Shown here in pieces: positions 40,273 to 49,850 of a DNA stretch of 64,000 bases. Origin of the DNA: Nitrososphaerota archaeon (GTDB taxonomy: Archaea; Thermoproteota; EX4484-205; JAAOZP01); assembly GCA_011605725.1 (NCBI GenBank), contig JAAOZP010000014.1, positions 1-64,000 on the forward strand, given 5' to 3'. Within the stretch, counting starts at the first letter, position 1. Each line of letters starts with the position of its first letter. The position numbers were made by a program, and so were the translations under genes. The notes beneath the pieces are model-generated. The model had not been told where the DNA came from, did not search any database, and saw only the letters and a list, made by a program, of their open reading frames with translations.

Positions 40273-41014
40273 CTAACCTCCCTTCCACTCCACACCTTTA
40301 ATGAAGATTCTTAACCTCTCAGGATGCTCCTTACTTAGCTCTTTAAGGTAATTGAATAACCCTATTGCGTTTTCGCTCTGAGGCTCATCGTAGAACCGGT
40401 ACATTAAGACCCAACCATTTTTCTCGGCAATGTACAGATATATATCGGAATCCTTTTTTTAAGTCTTCGAGGTCCCCTGTTTCATATCCATGCTTCACCT
40501 CAATGATCGCCTCATCCCCATCCTTTGTCACTCCTTTATAATCGAAAAATACGCATTCTTTGTTAAATTTTTTCTTCTCAGCCTCAATAAAATCATATTT
40601 ATGCTCCATCTCTGTAATCTTTCCACCCTCGCTTTCAAAGCGTATCTTCTCATAAAACATTGCTATAAAGTGTGCAGGTGCATTGGACGCCCTCCTAGGT
40701 ATTTGTTCATTTATGCCTATAATCGTTAGAGGAATATCTCCATCATCCTCATGTTTGACGAATAGCACATCCTTCAATAAAATATCCAGAACTTCGACCT
40801 CAGTGTGATATTCGAGGTAAATTATATTACGATAGTTCCCCCCTGTTTTCACGATTTCTGAAGTAACCTTCACCGACCTGCCGTCATCCCCTAGGGCTAG
40901 CCTGAACCCGATTGCGTCCCCGCTCTTAAGCGGTATTTCAAGGTTCACGATACTGCCCTTGGGCTTCTTGAAGCCAGCGTCCCCGACCTCGAAGCTCCTA
41001 GACGCTAGCGCGCG
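40273..41014 (-). pseudogene. Nuclease tip B (PD-(D/E)xK-like), 5'-truncated, +1 frameshift in an A7 run
   Basis: HFIAMFYEK..FFDYKG..IIEVKHGY; removing one A at 40454-40460 restores ..LMYRFYDEP..GVEWKGG*. Confidence 0.8.
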
Positions 41015-41017
41015 CTA
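41006..41017. repeat. Perfect 12-bp palindrome TAGCGCGCGCTA; variants at 3240, 28356, 28792, 33365, 33849, 37789, 49498, 51288, 60699
   Basis: Read directly; lies where the reading frame of tip B begins. Confidence 0.75.
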
Positions 41018-41291
41018 TCTTTTGGCCAAAAATATTAGTGAAGTCTCCCTAGCTCAATGACGAGAGCACCCGCTTCCCTGAAGCTTAACACCCCACGAAC
41101 CCTAACCTCCTCCAGAAACTTTCAAACAGTATCTTGGTTCCTCAGGCTGTTCAGGCCTGCTCTAACTCCAACGTTAAGATCCTTAATAGGAATTTTACTG
41201 ACCTCTCACTCTCTTCATCAGTACTAATACTGGTTTGAATAGTATCCTGTAGGGATACCATATGCTAATCTTTCATCCTTAAACAATTTCT

Positions 41292-42050
41292 ATGGTATCA
41301 TTAGAGCTAATTAATTTGATGAAGAGTTTCTTGATGGTGGTTTCGTTGAAACAGCAACATAGAGCCTTTTTATTGTTAGGAGAATATGGGTGTATAAAAA
41401 GGGTTTGCAGATGTTGTTTTAGATTGTTGCTATATGCGTTTGAAGACAGGTCGGTGAAGGTTACCCCGGAGGTCGCGTGGGGAGAAGGCAACTACGATGA
41501 AATGATTAGTCTGAAGTACGAGCCCGAGTTCGAAATTATCGAGCATGATAGTAGCGTCACGCTGAAGGATGTCCTTATAATGAAATACAAAGATGCGGAG
41601 GGCGAGCATTTAACGATACGTGGCATAAACGAAAAGGTTCCAAAAAGCGCACTTGATAAACCTGAGCACTTCATAGCGATGTACTATGAGAAAATGCGTT
41701 TCGAAGAAATGGGTGGAAAAATTACGAATGTAGAGTATCCGCATGAAGTATATACGAACTGCATCTTCGATTACGTGGGTGAATGGAAGGGTTATAAAAC
41801 GTATGTTGAAGTTAAGCACGGGTATGAAGGAGGTTCAGACGAGGAGTTAAAGAATCAGGCCAACAAGTATTTAAGCGTCGTAAAGGAGGAGGTTGCGAAA
41901 GGTGTTAATGCGATCCTTATGTATCGATTCTACGATGAGCCTCAGTCCCTGAATGCAAAAGCCCTCTTCGAGTATCTTAAAGAGCTTTATAAAAGCAATA
42001 GGGATGTGCTTAAGATTTTCATTAAGGGTGTTGAGTGGGCTGGAGGGTAG
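41292..42050 (+). CDS. Nuclease tip A (PD-(D/E)xK-like putative toxin domain); true start uncertain
   Basis: HFIAMYYEKMRFE..IFDYVG..YVEVKHGY..GVEWAGG; homology to B from ~41443. Confidence 0.75.
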   Translation: MVSLELINLMKSFLMVVSLKQQHRAFLLLGEYGCIKRVCRCCFRLLLYAFEDRSVKVTPEVAWGEGNYDEMISLKYEPEFEIIEHDSSVTLKDVLIMKYKDAEGEHLTIRGINEKVPKSALDKPEHFIAMYYEKMRFEEMGGKITNVEYPHEVYTNCIFDYVGEWKGYKTYVEVKHGYEGGSDEELKNQANKYLSVVKEEVAKGVNAILMYRFYDEPQSLNAKALFEYLKELYKSNRDVLKIFIKGVEWAGG

Positions 42051-42053
42051 AGA

Positions 42054-42658
42054 ATGACAACTTTCTCCCTACGCATAGAGATTTCGAGTAGGTGCTCACA
42101 AAGGGCCAGGACGGAGCTTCAGCAGATTGAGAGCGTGTGGTTCCACTGGAGCGATGTCAAGGCTCTCCAGCTCAAGGGCTTCAAATACATACCGATGATT
42201 ATTTACACGGGCGACCGCCTTCAAGACAGCCCATTGGAATACAAGGAATCGTTCATCGGCTCTCCTCTTAGCTTACCGCTTCCCTATTATGAGGAGATCT
42301 ACATGCTGTTTAACTCTATGAGGGAAAAATTGAAAGTGAGGATTGTGAGGGCAATAGAAGGAAGGGGGATGCGTGCGCTCTGGCCATGCGAGATACTGGA
42401 TTTGAAAGAGGTGCAGGACGAGATAAACCGTCTCGCGTCGCAGACTCTGCTCTCGAAGGAGGACCCCCAGGACATGGAGGTCGCCAAGAGGCTCTTTGGG
42501 CGCCCTCTCGGTAAAGAGCCAACACCCGAGGACATAAACCGCATAATAGATGGTACAAACTGGAGTGGCAAAAAGTTCGGCGACTTCTTCATGAAAGCCC
42601 TGGAATCCACAAGAAGTATCCTAAAGCAAGATTCTGGTTTAATCTCGAAGTATTATAG
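42054..42658 (+). pseudogene. Putative immunity protein, copy A; 1-nt deletion near 42604 replaces the C-terminus
   Basis: ctggaatccacaag versus ctggaaatccacaag in copy D; native TAG at 42656-42658. Confidence 0.75.
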
Positions 42659-42762
42659 AAGTGAAAGCAAATTGATGAGGAAAAGAGAATGTGCGTCCAT
42701 GCGAATGCTTCCCCCTGTAGGAACAGCACCTTTTACCCGAACGCTGAAAGATTTTTGTTGCC

Positions 42763-43710
42763 TCAGAATACTTTGCCAGCCTTCTCCAGGTTCTCCAAGC
42801 GCTGCCAGTTCCACTCAATCCAGTTCTTAAGCCTCTGCAATGTCTCCGCGTTCTTAGGATCAAGAAGATGCCTCATCATCCTTTGAATCTTAAGATATTC
42901 CTCAACCGGCGTAGGCTTCGAAACCCTATAGTTAATCCTAAGCTGACCGTCCTCAATCTCGTAAATCGGAAACAGCCGGGTCTCAACAGCCATCCTCGAA
43001 ACCTTGACCGTCAAATGAGGATCATAACGCCAGCCGAACTGGCACGGAGCAAGAACATGCAGAAACGCAGGACCCTGCTCACTATAGTTAACAGCCTTCC
43101 TAATCTTATTAACCATGTCACGCCAAAGCCACAGCGTCGCAGTAGCAGCATAAGGAATATGGTGCGAAGCAACAATAGCAATTAAATCCTTCTTGTTTTC
43201 CTGCTTACCTGGAATCACCTTCCCAGCAGGGCTCGTCGTGGTCGCAGCACCCAGAATAGATGCTCCTGACCTCTGAATGCCCGTATTCATGTATGCACAA
43301 TTATCATAACATAAATATATAATTTTATCTAATCTTTCTAGTGCTCCTGATATTGCTCCTAGTCCTATGTCGAATGTTGCGCCGTCTCCTCCGAGTGCTA
43401 TGACTGGTATTTTTCTTGCTCTTCCTTCTGCTGAGAGTTTTTCGAGTGCTGCTGCTATGCCTGCTGCTACTGGCGCGTTGTTCTGGAAGAGCACGTGGAC
43501 CCATGGTGTTTTCCACGCGGAGTACGGGTAGATTGTTGTTCCTACTTCTACGCAGCCTGTTGCGTTTACGATTATTGCTTCTGGTACGGCTAGTGTAATG
43601 ATTTTCGCGGTTATTGCTGGCCCGCATCCTGCGCATAGTCTGTGTCCCGGTCTGAATTTTGATTCTTCAGGTAGGTCGGATATTTTCGCCACTGGGTTTA
43701 GCTTGCTCAT
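42763..43710 (-). CDS. porB: 2-oxoacid:ferredoxin oxidoreductase beta subunit
   Basis: CAGCG, ATGC, GGDG..DIG, YMNTGIQRS. Confidence 0.9.
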   Translation of the reverse strand: MSKLNPVAKISDLPEESKFRPGHRLCAGCGPAITAKIITLAVPEAIIVNATGCVEVGTTIYPYSAWKTPWVHVLFQNNAPVAAGIAAALEKLSAEGRARKIPVIALGGDGATFDIGLGAISGALERLDKIIYLCYDNCAYMNTGIQRSGASILGAATTTSPAGKVIPGKQENKKDLIAIVASHHIPYAATATLWLWRDMVNKIRKAVNYSEQGPAFLHVLAPCQFGWRYDPHLTVKVSRMAVETRLFPIYEIEDGQLRINYRVSKPTPVEEYLKIQRMMRHLLDPKNAETLQRLKNWIEWNWQRLENLEKAGKVF

Positions 43711-44903
43711 TCTCCTCTCACCCCGTAGAAATATGCTTTATCTGTCTTACCCTTGTCGGCAAGCTCTTTTCCTCGCTTATAGATGTCGATTACTCCTTGG
43801 GCGGGGATGTCTCTTCCCCCAAGGCCGTAAATGAAGTCTATCATTTTAACGTTGTAGTTCGGGTATAGTGTTGCAGTAATGTCTTCGTAAACTGGGCCTG
43901 CTCTCGCTCCTGGGCTCATCACTTTCTCCATGACGATTATCCTTTTGAATCTTGAGAATAATTGCTCAGCCTCTTTAACCGGCCAGGGCCTGTATTGGAG
44001 TATGCCTACCACGCCTACTTTTTCTCCTTTTTCCCTGAGGTTTTTGACTGCGTGTCTGGCTGTTCCGACGGTGCTTCCCATTGCTACTATGCAGGTTTCG
44101 GCGTCGCTCGTCATGTATTCTTTCAGCGGCCTGTAGTTTCTCCCGGAGATCTCGCCGTATTTTTTGAATACTTCCTGTATTACTTGCCTAGCGTTCTCCA
44201 TCGCCTCGTATTGTTGTCTTTTGAACTCGAAGTATGAGTCTTGGAGGGCTAGGACCCCGTAGCTCCTCGGGTTGTCCGGGTCTATCTTGGGCCCGGTTGT
44301 CCTTACTCCTAGGAATTCCTTGACGACGTCGTCGTTTAAAGCGTAGAAGTTTGTTATCGCGTGCGAGACTATGAAGCCGTCGTATGAGACGACTACTGGC
44401 AGTAGGACCCTGGGGTCTTCAGCGATTTTGAAAGCCATTATTGTCAGGTCGTAGGTTTCCTGCGCCTCCTCGCCGTTGAACATTATCCAGCCCGCGTCCC
44501 TCATTCCGAAGAAGTCCGAATGATCGTTGTGGATGTTTATCGGTGCTGAGAGTGCTCTTGCTGCGAGCGCCATTACTATTGGGAGTCTTAGCCCGGAGGC
44601 TGCGTAGAGTGCTTCCCACATGTATGCTAGTCCCTGGCTTGCTGTTGCTGTGAATGTTCTTGCTCCCGCTAATGAGGCTCCTATTACTGCTGAGAGGGCT
44701 GAGTGCTCGGACTCAACGTTTATATACTTGGCGTTCAGCTCGCCGTCGTTCACGTATCGTGAAAGGGTTTCTACGACGAATGTCTGCGGAGTTATCGGGT
44801 AGGCGCTTATGACGTCAACATTAGCCTGTTTGACAGCGTATGCTACAGCATCGTTCCCGGTCAGCGCGATCCTATGTTGTCTTGCTAATGCTTCAGCCAT
44901 CAT
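43707..44903 (-). CDS. porA: 2-oxoacid:ferredoxin oxidoreductase alpha subunit
   Basis: YPITPQT, ESEHSA, TASQGL, GLGGRD. Confidence 0.9.
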   Translation of the reverse strand: MMAEALARQHRIALTGNDAVAYAVKQANVDVISAYPITPQTFVVETLSRYVNDGELNAKYINVESEHSALSAVIGASLAGARTFTATASQGLAYMWEALYAASGLRLPIVMALAARALSAPINIHNDHSDFFGMRDAGWIMFNGEEAQETYDLTIMAFKIAEDPRVLLPVVVSYDGFIVSHAITNFYALNDDVVKEFLGVRTTGPKIDPDNPRSYGVLALQDSYFEFKRQQYEAMENARQVIQEVFKKYGEISGRNYRPLKEYMTSDAETCIVAMGSTVGTARHAVKNLREKGEKVGVVGILQYRPWPVKEAEQLFSRFKRIIVMEKVMSPGARAGPVYEDITATLYPNYNVKMIDFIYGLGGRDIPAQGVIDIYKRGKELADKGKTDKAYFYGVRGE

Positions 44904-44904
44904 T

Positions 44905-45183
44905 CTAAATCTCCTCCGGAACCATTGTTATCGCCTTCTTTGGACATTCCTCGGCGCATATTCCGCAGCCCTTGCAATAGTCATAGTCTATCTTGACCTC
45001 GTTCCCCTTTCTGATTATCGCGGGCTCGGGGCAGTAGAGCCAACATATCAAGCATCTGACGCACTTCTCGTAGTCTATGACTGGTTTCTCAACCCTCCAG
45101 TTGCCTGTCTTATACTTCTCGCTCGTACCGCCGGCAACGCTTCCACCCAGGTCTATCTCTCTCCAGGTTACGGTTGTGCTCAT
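44905..45183 (-). CDS. porD: 2-oxoacid:ferredoxin oxidoreductase delta subunit
   Basis: TGNWR; two CxxCxxCxxxC motifs. Confidence 0.9.
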   Translation of the reverse strand: MSTTVTWREIDLGGSVAGGTSEKYKTGNWRVEKPVIDYEKCVRCLICWLYCPEPAIIRKGNEVKIDYDYCKGCGICAEECPKKAITMVPEEI

Positions 45184-45755
45184 TGGGCCGCCACCTCCTC
45201 GTATCCCCTCTTAAGCATTTTCACATTAAGCTCTCCAACCCTGCCTGGGAACCTGTTTAAAAACAGTTTTTCAAGTGTCTCAAGCCTAACTATTCCCGTC
45301 AGCCTCACTAGTCCCCCTAGCACGGGCGTGTTGAAAACGTAGGCTCCGAAAACCTCTTTCGAGATTCTAGCGGCGTCGACTACGCCCAGAGTCTTAACGT
45401 TTAAACCAAGCTTCTTCTTCAAGTCTCCCGGGTTTTTAGCCGAGTTGACTACTGCGACACCCTCCGGTTTAAGACCAACGTAGACGCTTGGGTCCTCAGC
45501 CAAGTATGGGTCTATAACTGCCAGTATGTCTGGCTCGTATACTGATGAATGTATGTCTATAGGGTCTTCCGAGAAACGTGTGTAGCCTCTCACCGGTCCA
45601 CCTGTTCTCTCCGGGCCGAAATCCGGGAAAGTCTGAATGTTTTTGCCTTCTTCGAAGAGAGCCATGCCTATAAGCTGGTTTGCTAGAACAACTCCCTGGC
45701 CGCCCCTGCCGTGCCATCTTATTTCAACAATCCTGCTTGTTTTCACCATTCTCAT
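45180..45755 (-). CDS. porC: 2-oxoacid:ferredoxin oxidoreductase gamma subunit
   Basis: EIRWHGRGGQG, FGPERTG. Confidence 0.9.
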   Translation of the reverse strand: MRMVKTSRIVEIRWHGRGGQGVVLANQLIGMALFEEGKNIQTFPDFGPERTGGPVRGYTRFSEDPIDIHSSVYEPDILAVIDPYLAEDPSVYVGLKPEGVAVVNSAKNPGDLKKKLGLNVKTLGVVDAARISKEVFGAYVFNTPVLGGLVRLTGIVRLETLEKLFLNRFPGRVGELNVKMLKRGYEEVAAQ

Positions 45756-45917
45756 CAGCCCCGGGGAAGCTGGAAAACACTTACTTATACACTTTGCCCC
45801 AAATCTGGGTCTTTAAAGTGGAAAATGTTTAACCAACAGGATTTAACTCGACGGCTTTTAAGCTTTTTCAACGCCGATAGTGGTTAAATAGATGGCTTAA
45901 TCCTATTCTGCGTCTAA

Positions 45918-46814
45918 ATGTCTAAGAGGCCTCTGAGAATAGGTGTGGTAGGTGCTTTAACGATAGATGTTAACAGGAGCCGGGGAGGAGCCTACAGTTA
46001 CATGGGTGGTGGAGGATTCTACTCTTCACTCAGCCTTTCAAGAATGGGTGTTGAAACAGTTCTTTTCACAGCCTACGGACCGGATATGAACCAGGAGTGG
46101 GTGGAGAGTCTTAAAAAAAGAGGTATTAAGGTTTATGCTGTAGAGCTTGAAAGAAGCATCCTGTTTGAAAACGTTTACCAGGATTCCTCCAGGCTTCAGA
46201 AGGCTTCGGGCGAGCCCTCTAGAAAGATTTTCATCGACAGGAGTAGGCTTGCAGGTTTTGATGCTGTCCATGTTACGCCTGTTTTAAACGAGGTTGACCA
46301 AAGTGTTTTCAAAGAGCTTGAGGAAGCAGGCTGCAAGGTTTCTATTGACGCGCAAGGGTTCATCAGGACATGCGGTGTCGACGGGATTGTCCACCAGGTT
46401 AAGAGAATGCTTCCGGATGATGCTCTCAGCAGGGTGAACTATGTTCACATGAATGTTGACGAGCAGTTTTTCTTTCTGAACCATGATGTTAAGGAGCTTT
46501 TCGAAATCAACCCAGGGATGATTGTTGAATTGACTAATTCTGAACATGGTTCCATGGTTGTTTATAAGCATGGGTGTTTCTATATGCCTGTTTTCAGCGT
46601 TGAAACACTAGACCCGACTGGAGCAGGGGATGTTTACGCAGCTGTCTTCCTTGCGAAGCATCTTGAAACAGGAAGCCTAGTTGAGGCAAGCATTTACGCG
46701 TCAGCCTGTTCAAGCATTAAAGCGGAGAAAACAGGACCGTTCTTCGACTTTAACGTTAACGAGGTTGAAGACAGGGTTAGAAAGCTGAAGAGGCTTATTG
46801 AAAATTTATATTAG
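45918..46814 (+). CDS. PfkB-family kinase
   Basis: GGGG.Y, DPTGAGD. Confidence 0.9.
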   Translation: MSKRPLRIGVVGALTIDVNRSRGGAYSYMGGGGFYSSLSLSRMGVETVLFTAYGPDMNQEWVESLKKRGIKVYAVELERSILFENVYQDSSRLQKASGEPSRKIFIDRSRLAGFDAVHVTPVLNEVDQSVFKELEEAGCKVSIDAQGFIRTCGVDGIVHQVKRMLPDDALSRVNYVHMNVDEQFFFLNHDVKELFEINPGMIVELTNSEHGSMVVYKHGCFYMPVFSVETLDPTGAGDVYAAVFLAKHLETGSLVEASIYASACSSIKAEKTGPFFDFNVNEVEDRVRKLKRLIENLY

Positions 46815-46835
46815 TGTTCCTTAGGGTGAAGGCTG

Positions 46836-47363
46836 ATGAGCATACTGGGGAAAAGCGAGCTGCTGAAAATGGTGAGGAGACTGCCGATAATCCACCCGTT
46901 CGACGAGAAGTATATGGATGGAGACGGCTATGTTTTAACAGTGATGGAGGATGTTAAGCTTCAATACCTTGAGCATAAGAACGTTATTTCTAACGAGATA
47001 GTTTTCACGCCGCCGAACATTGTCGCACACCTTACTGCTAAAAGCCGTTACGGCAGAGCAGGCCTGTCTTTTTTAAACGCCGCCAAGGTTCACAGCGGCT
47101 TCGTCGGGAGGCTTGCACTGGAGATTGTGAACCTGAACAACGAGAGGGAGCCTGTAGTTGTTAAAAAGGGAGATCCTTTCATGCATATAGAGTTTATAAC
47201 CAGGGTTGGAGAACCCTCTCCATACGAAGGCGAGTATCAGTTTCAATACATGACCAGTGAGGAAATAAACTTCTACCTGCCGTATCTTAGAAAGGTTTTC
47301 AAGAAGGATTTTGAGACACTAGCGTTAAAGTGGAGGCTAAGGGAAAAGCTGAAAAACCAGTAG
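46836..47363 (+). CDS. dCTP deaminase/dUTPase superfamily protein
   Basis: KSRYGRAGL, GFVGRLALEIVN, PYEGEYQ. Confidence 0.8.
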   Translation: MSILGKSELLKMVRRLPIIHPFDEKYMDGDGYVLTVMEDVKLQYLEHKNVISNEIVFTPPNIVAHLTAKSRYGRAGLSFLNAAKVHSGFVGRLALEIVNLNNEREPVVVKKGDPFMHIEFITRVGEPSPYEGEYQFQYMTSEEINFYLPYLRKVFKKDFETLALKWRLREKLKNQ

Positions 47364-47419
47364 CCAGCTTACACGTTAATCCTTATTAACCCAGCTCTGT
47401 TTCAAAAACAGTCTGCAGA

Positions 47420-49318
47420 ATGGGGTTTCTGGAGGAGGCTGAAAGAATAAGGATTCACGTGGACCAGGCGTTAGAGAAACTGGGTTTTACTGCTAGAGCG
47501 AGGGTTGAGGAGCCGCCTATCCCTGACCTCGGAGACCTAGCAACCCCTGTTGCATTCGACTTGGCTAGGAAACACGGTTGCAACCCGGTGGAGACAGCTG
47601 ACAGGATTATAGCAGCTATGGAGCTCAGCAGGCTGGAGGTTTTGAAGAGCGTTGAAAACGTGAACGGCTTCATAAATTTCCGTTTCGACCCGGTGAAGTA
47701 CTCTGTTAAAGTTGTGAACGAAGCTCTTTCTAAACGCTGGGATTACGGAAGGTTTCCTGTTGCCAGCAGGAGAATACTTATAGAGCATACGAATTCCAAC
47801 CCGAATAAGGCTCTGCACGTCGGAACCCTGAGGAATGCTGTCATAGGAGATGTTTTAGCTAGGCTTTTAAGGTTCCTGGGCCACGATGTGATGGTTGTAA
47901 ACTATATTGACGACAGTGGCTCCCAGGTTGCTGATAATATTCTTGCCCACTACTTTATGAAGATACCTATGGAGCCTCCGGATGGCATGAGGTTCGACGA
48001 GTACAGTGGAAGGGTTTATGCAGAGTACAGTGAGAAGATTGAGAAGAGTGGGGAGCTGAGAAAACTGAGAAGCGAGATAATAAGAAAGATTGAAGAAGGA
48101 GGGAATGAGCTGGCTGATTTCGCCAGGTTTTTCTCCGAGAAGGTTGTTGAATGCCAGCTTGAAACAGCGTGGAACTTCAAAATATTTTACGACTTGCTAA
48201 ACTGGGAGACCGACGTGTTGAGGTCAGGAATATTCGAATGGGCTATGAACGAGTTGAGAAGCAGGGGTGAAGCCTACGTGGAGGAGGAGGGTGAAAACAA
48301 GGGGTGTTTAATGATTAGGCTTAGGGATGTTGAGGAGTTCAGCAGGCTTAAGGCGCCTGACGAGGTTCTCGTAAGGTCAGACGGCACAGCCACCTATGTT
48401 GGAAAGGATATTGCTTACGCAGCGTGGAAACTCGGTTTAACGCCGAGAAGGTTTATGGTGAGGAAATGGGTTGAGCAGCCGAATGGAAGACTCCTTTTAA
48501 CGACGCACTGGGATGGAGAGGAATACGATTACCCTGGGGCAGACTTAGCGATAACGATTGTGGACAAGAGGCAGGAATACCCGCAGAAAGTTGTTGAGCA
48601 TGCTTTGAGAAAGCTTGGAGCCCCACCTGGGAAAAAATACCTCCCGTATCTCTATGAGGTTGTCGCCCTCTCCGGTGAGACGGCGAGCGAGCTGACGGGG
48701 ATTGAGGGGTTGAAGGAGAAAAGGATGGTTCACATGTCCGGTAGGAAAGGAATAGTTTTCAACGCTAACGATCTTCTCAAGACTGTTTTTCAGAAGGTTT
48801 ACGAGGAGACCCGGAGGAGAAACCCGTCTAAGGATGAGGAGTGGATTAGGAGTGTGAGCACTCATCTCAGCGTTGCATCCATAAGGTACTCGCTATTCAA
48901 GACCGATAAGAATAACATAATAGTTTTCGACGTTAGGGACGCCACTAGGCTTGAGGGCGACACAGCACCGTATCTTCAATACACCTATGCGCGAGCATGC
49001 AGAATACTTGAGAAAGCAAGCGTCGACGTGAACAGTGTGTCCGAGGTCTTCTTCAACACTCCTGAGGAGCTGAGCCTAGTTAGGCAAGTAGGCAAATTCT
49101 CATGGGTTTTAAACATTGCTAGTGAAACACTAGCACTAAACATTATCGCAGTATACATGAGGCATCTTGCAGACATGTTCAACAGTTTCTACGAGAAATG
49201 CCCCGTGATAACAGGCGGGGACATTAGAATGGATAGGCTGGCGCTGGTTAAAGCTTTCGTGATAACCATGGGCAACGCGTTTGAGATAACGGGTATTGAG
49301 AAGCTGAATGAAGTTTAA
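47420..49318 (+). CDS. argS: Arginyl-tRNA synthetase
   Basis: NPNKALHVG, MSGRKG, YLQYTYAR. Confidence 0.95.
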   Translation: MGFLEEAERIRIHVDQALEKLGFTARARVEEPPIPDLGDLATPVAFDLARKHGCNPVETADRIIAAMELSRLEVLKSVENVNGFINFRFDPVKYSVKVVNEALSKRWDYGRFPVASRRILIEHTNSNPNKALHVGTLRNAVIGDVLARLLRFLGHDVMVVNYIDDSGSQVADNILAHYFMKIPMEPPDGMRFDEYSGRVYAEYSEKIEKSGELRKLRSEIIRKIEEGGNELADFARFFSEKVVECQLETAWNFKIFYDLLNWETDVLRSGIFEWAMNELRSRGEAYVEEEGENKGCLMIRLRDVEEFSRLKAPDEVLVRSDGTATYVGKDIAYAAWKLGLTPRRFMVRKWVEQPNGRLLLTTHWDGEEYDYPGADLAITIVDKRQEYPQKVVEHALRKLGAPPGKKYLPYLYEVVALSGETASELTGIEGLKEKRMVHMSGRKGIVFNANDLLKTVFQKVYEETRRRNPSKDEEWIRSVSTHLSVASIRYSLFKTDKNNIIVFDVRDATRLEGDTAPYLQYTYARACRILEKASVDVNSVSEVFFNTPEELSLVRQVGKFSWVLNIASETLALNIIAVYMRHLADMFNSFYEKCPVITGGDIRMDRLALVKAFVITMGNAFEITGIEKLNEV

Positions 49319-49344
49319 ATAAGCCCTGTGTTAAACTTTCAAAG

Positions 49345-49420
49345 GGGCCCGTGGCCAAGCCAGGATAAAGGCGTCGGCCTGCGGAGCCGGAGATCCTGGG
49401 TTCAAATCCCAGCGGGCCCG
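49345..49420 (+). tRNA. tRNA-Arg(GCG)
   Basis: Full cloverleaf; TCGGC-CTGCGGA-GCCGG; directly after argS. Confidence 0.95.
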
Positions 49421-49850
49421 TTCTGCAAATTTCAAGCTGTCTGTCTGCGTAGCACGCTACGCTTAAAAGTCTTATTAAAAATTATAATGGGGGATGAACG
49501 CGCGCGTCAATAATCCTTTTGCAGCCATAGTCTCTGAGAAGCGCGTATAAGAAATCTACATCATAATCATGGCTTCCCCAAATTCTATCGTACAGCTTTG
49601 CCTCCAGGTTGAAAACATCTTTGAGTTTCAACTTGCTCCTCTACTCTAATCTTCGAGACGCTTGACGTTAATCTTTTTTCACGTTGCAAAAGCCTTCTCC
49701 AACGTCTTGCAAGCAGCTTCAACAAGGACTGTTTTCCCCACTGTCCTCCAGGAGCTTTAGGGTTGAACAACTCGAGCGATAATATTCGCTTAACGAGTAA
49801 ATGTTCACAAGCAATCTTTAACTATCTGTTTAAGCGAACCGTAAACAAGA

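Noticed and set aside
37953-42658. Diversity-generating retroelement explanation for the variable paralogs
   Set aside because: No reverse transcriptase seen, and differences are block-wise rather than adenine-specific.
42659-42830. C-terminal extension of ORF 42054-42830
   Set aside because: Read-through caused by the 1-nt deletion; it overlaps porB.
42868-43636. Arg/Asn/Ser-rich alternative ORFs over porB
   Set aside because: By-products of the codon skew, which removes stop codons from other frames.
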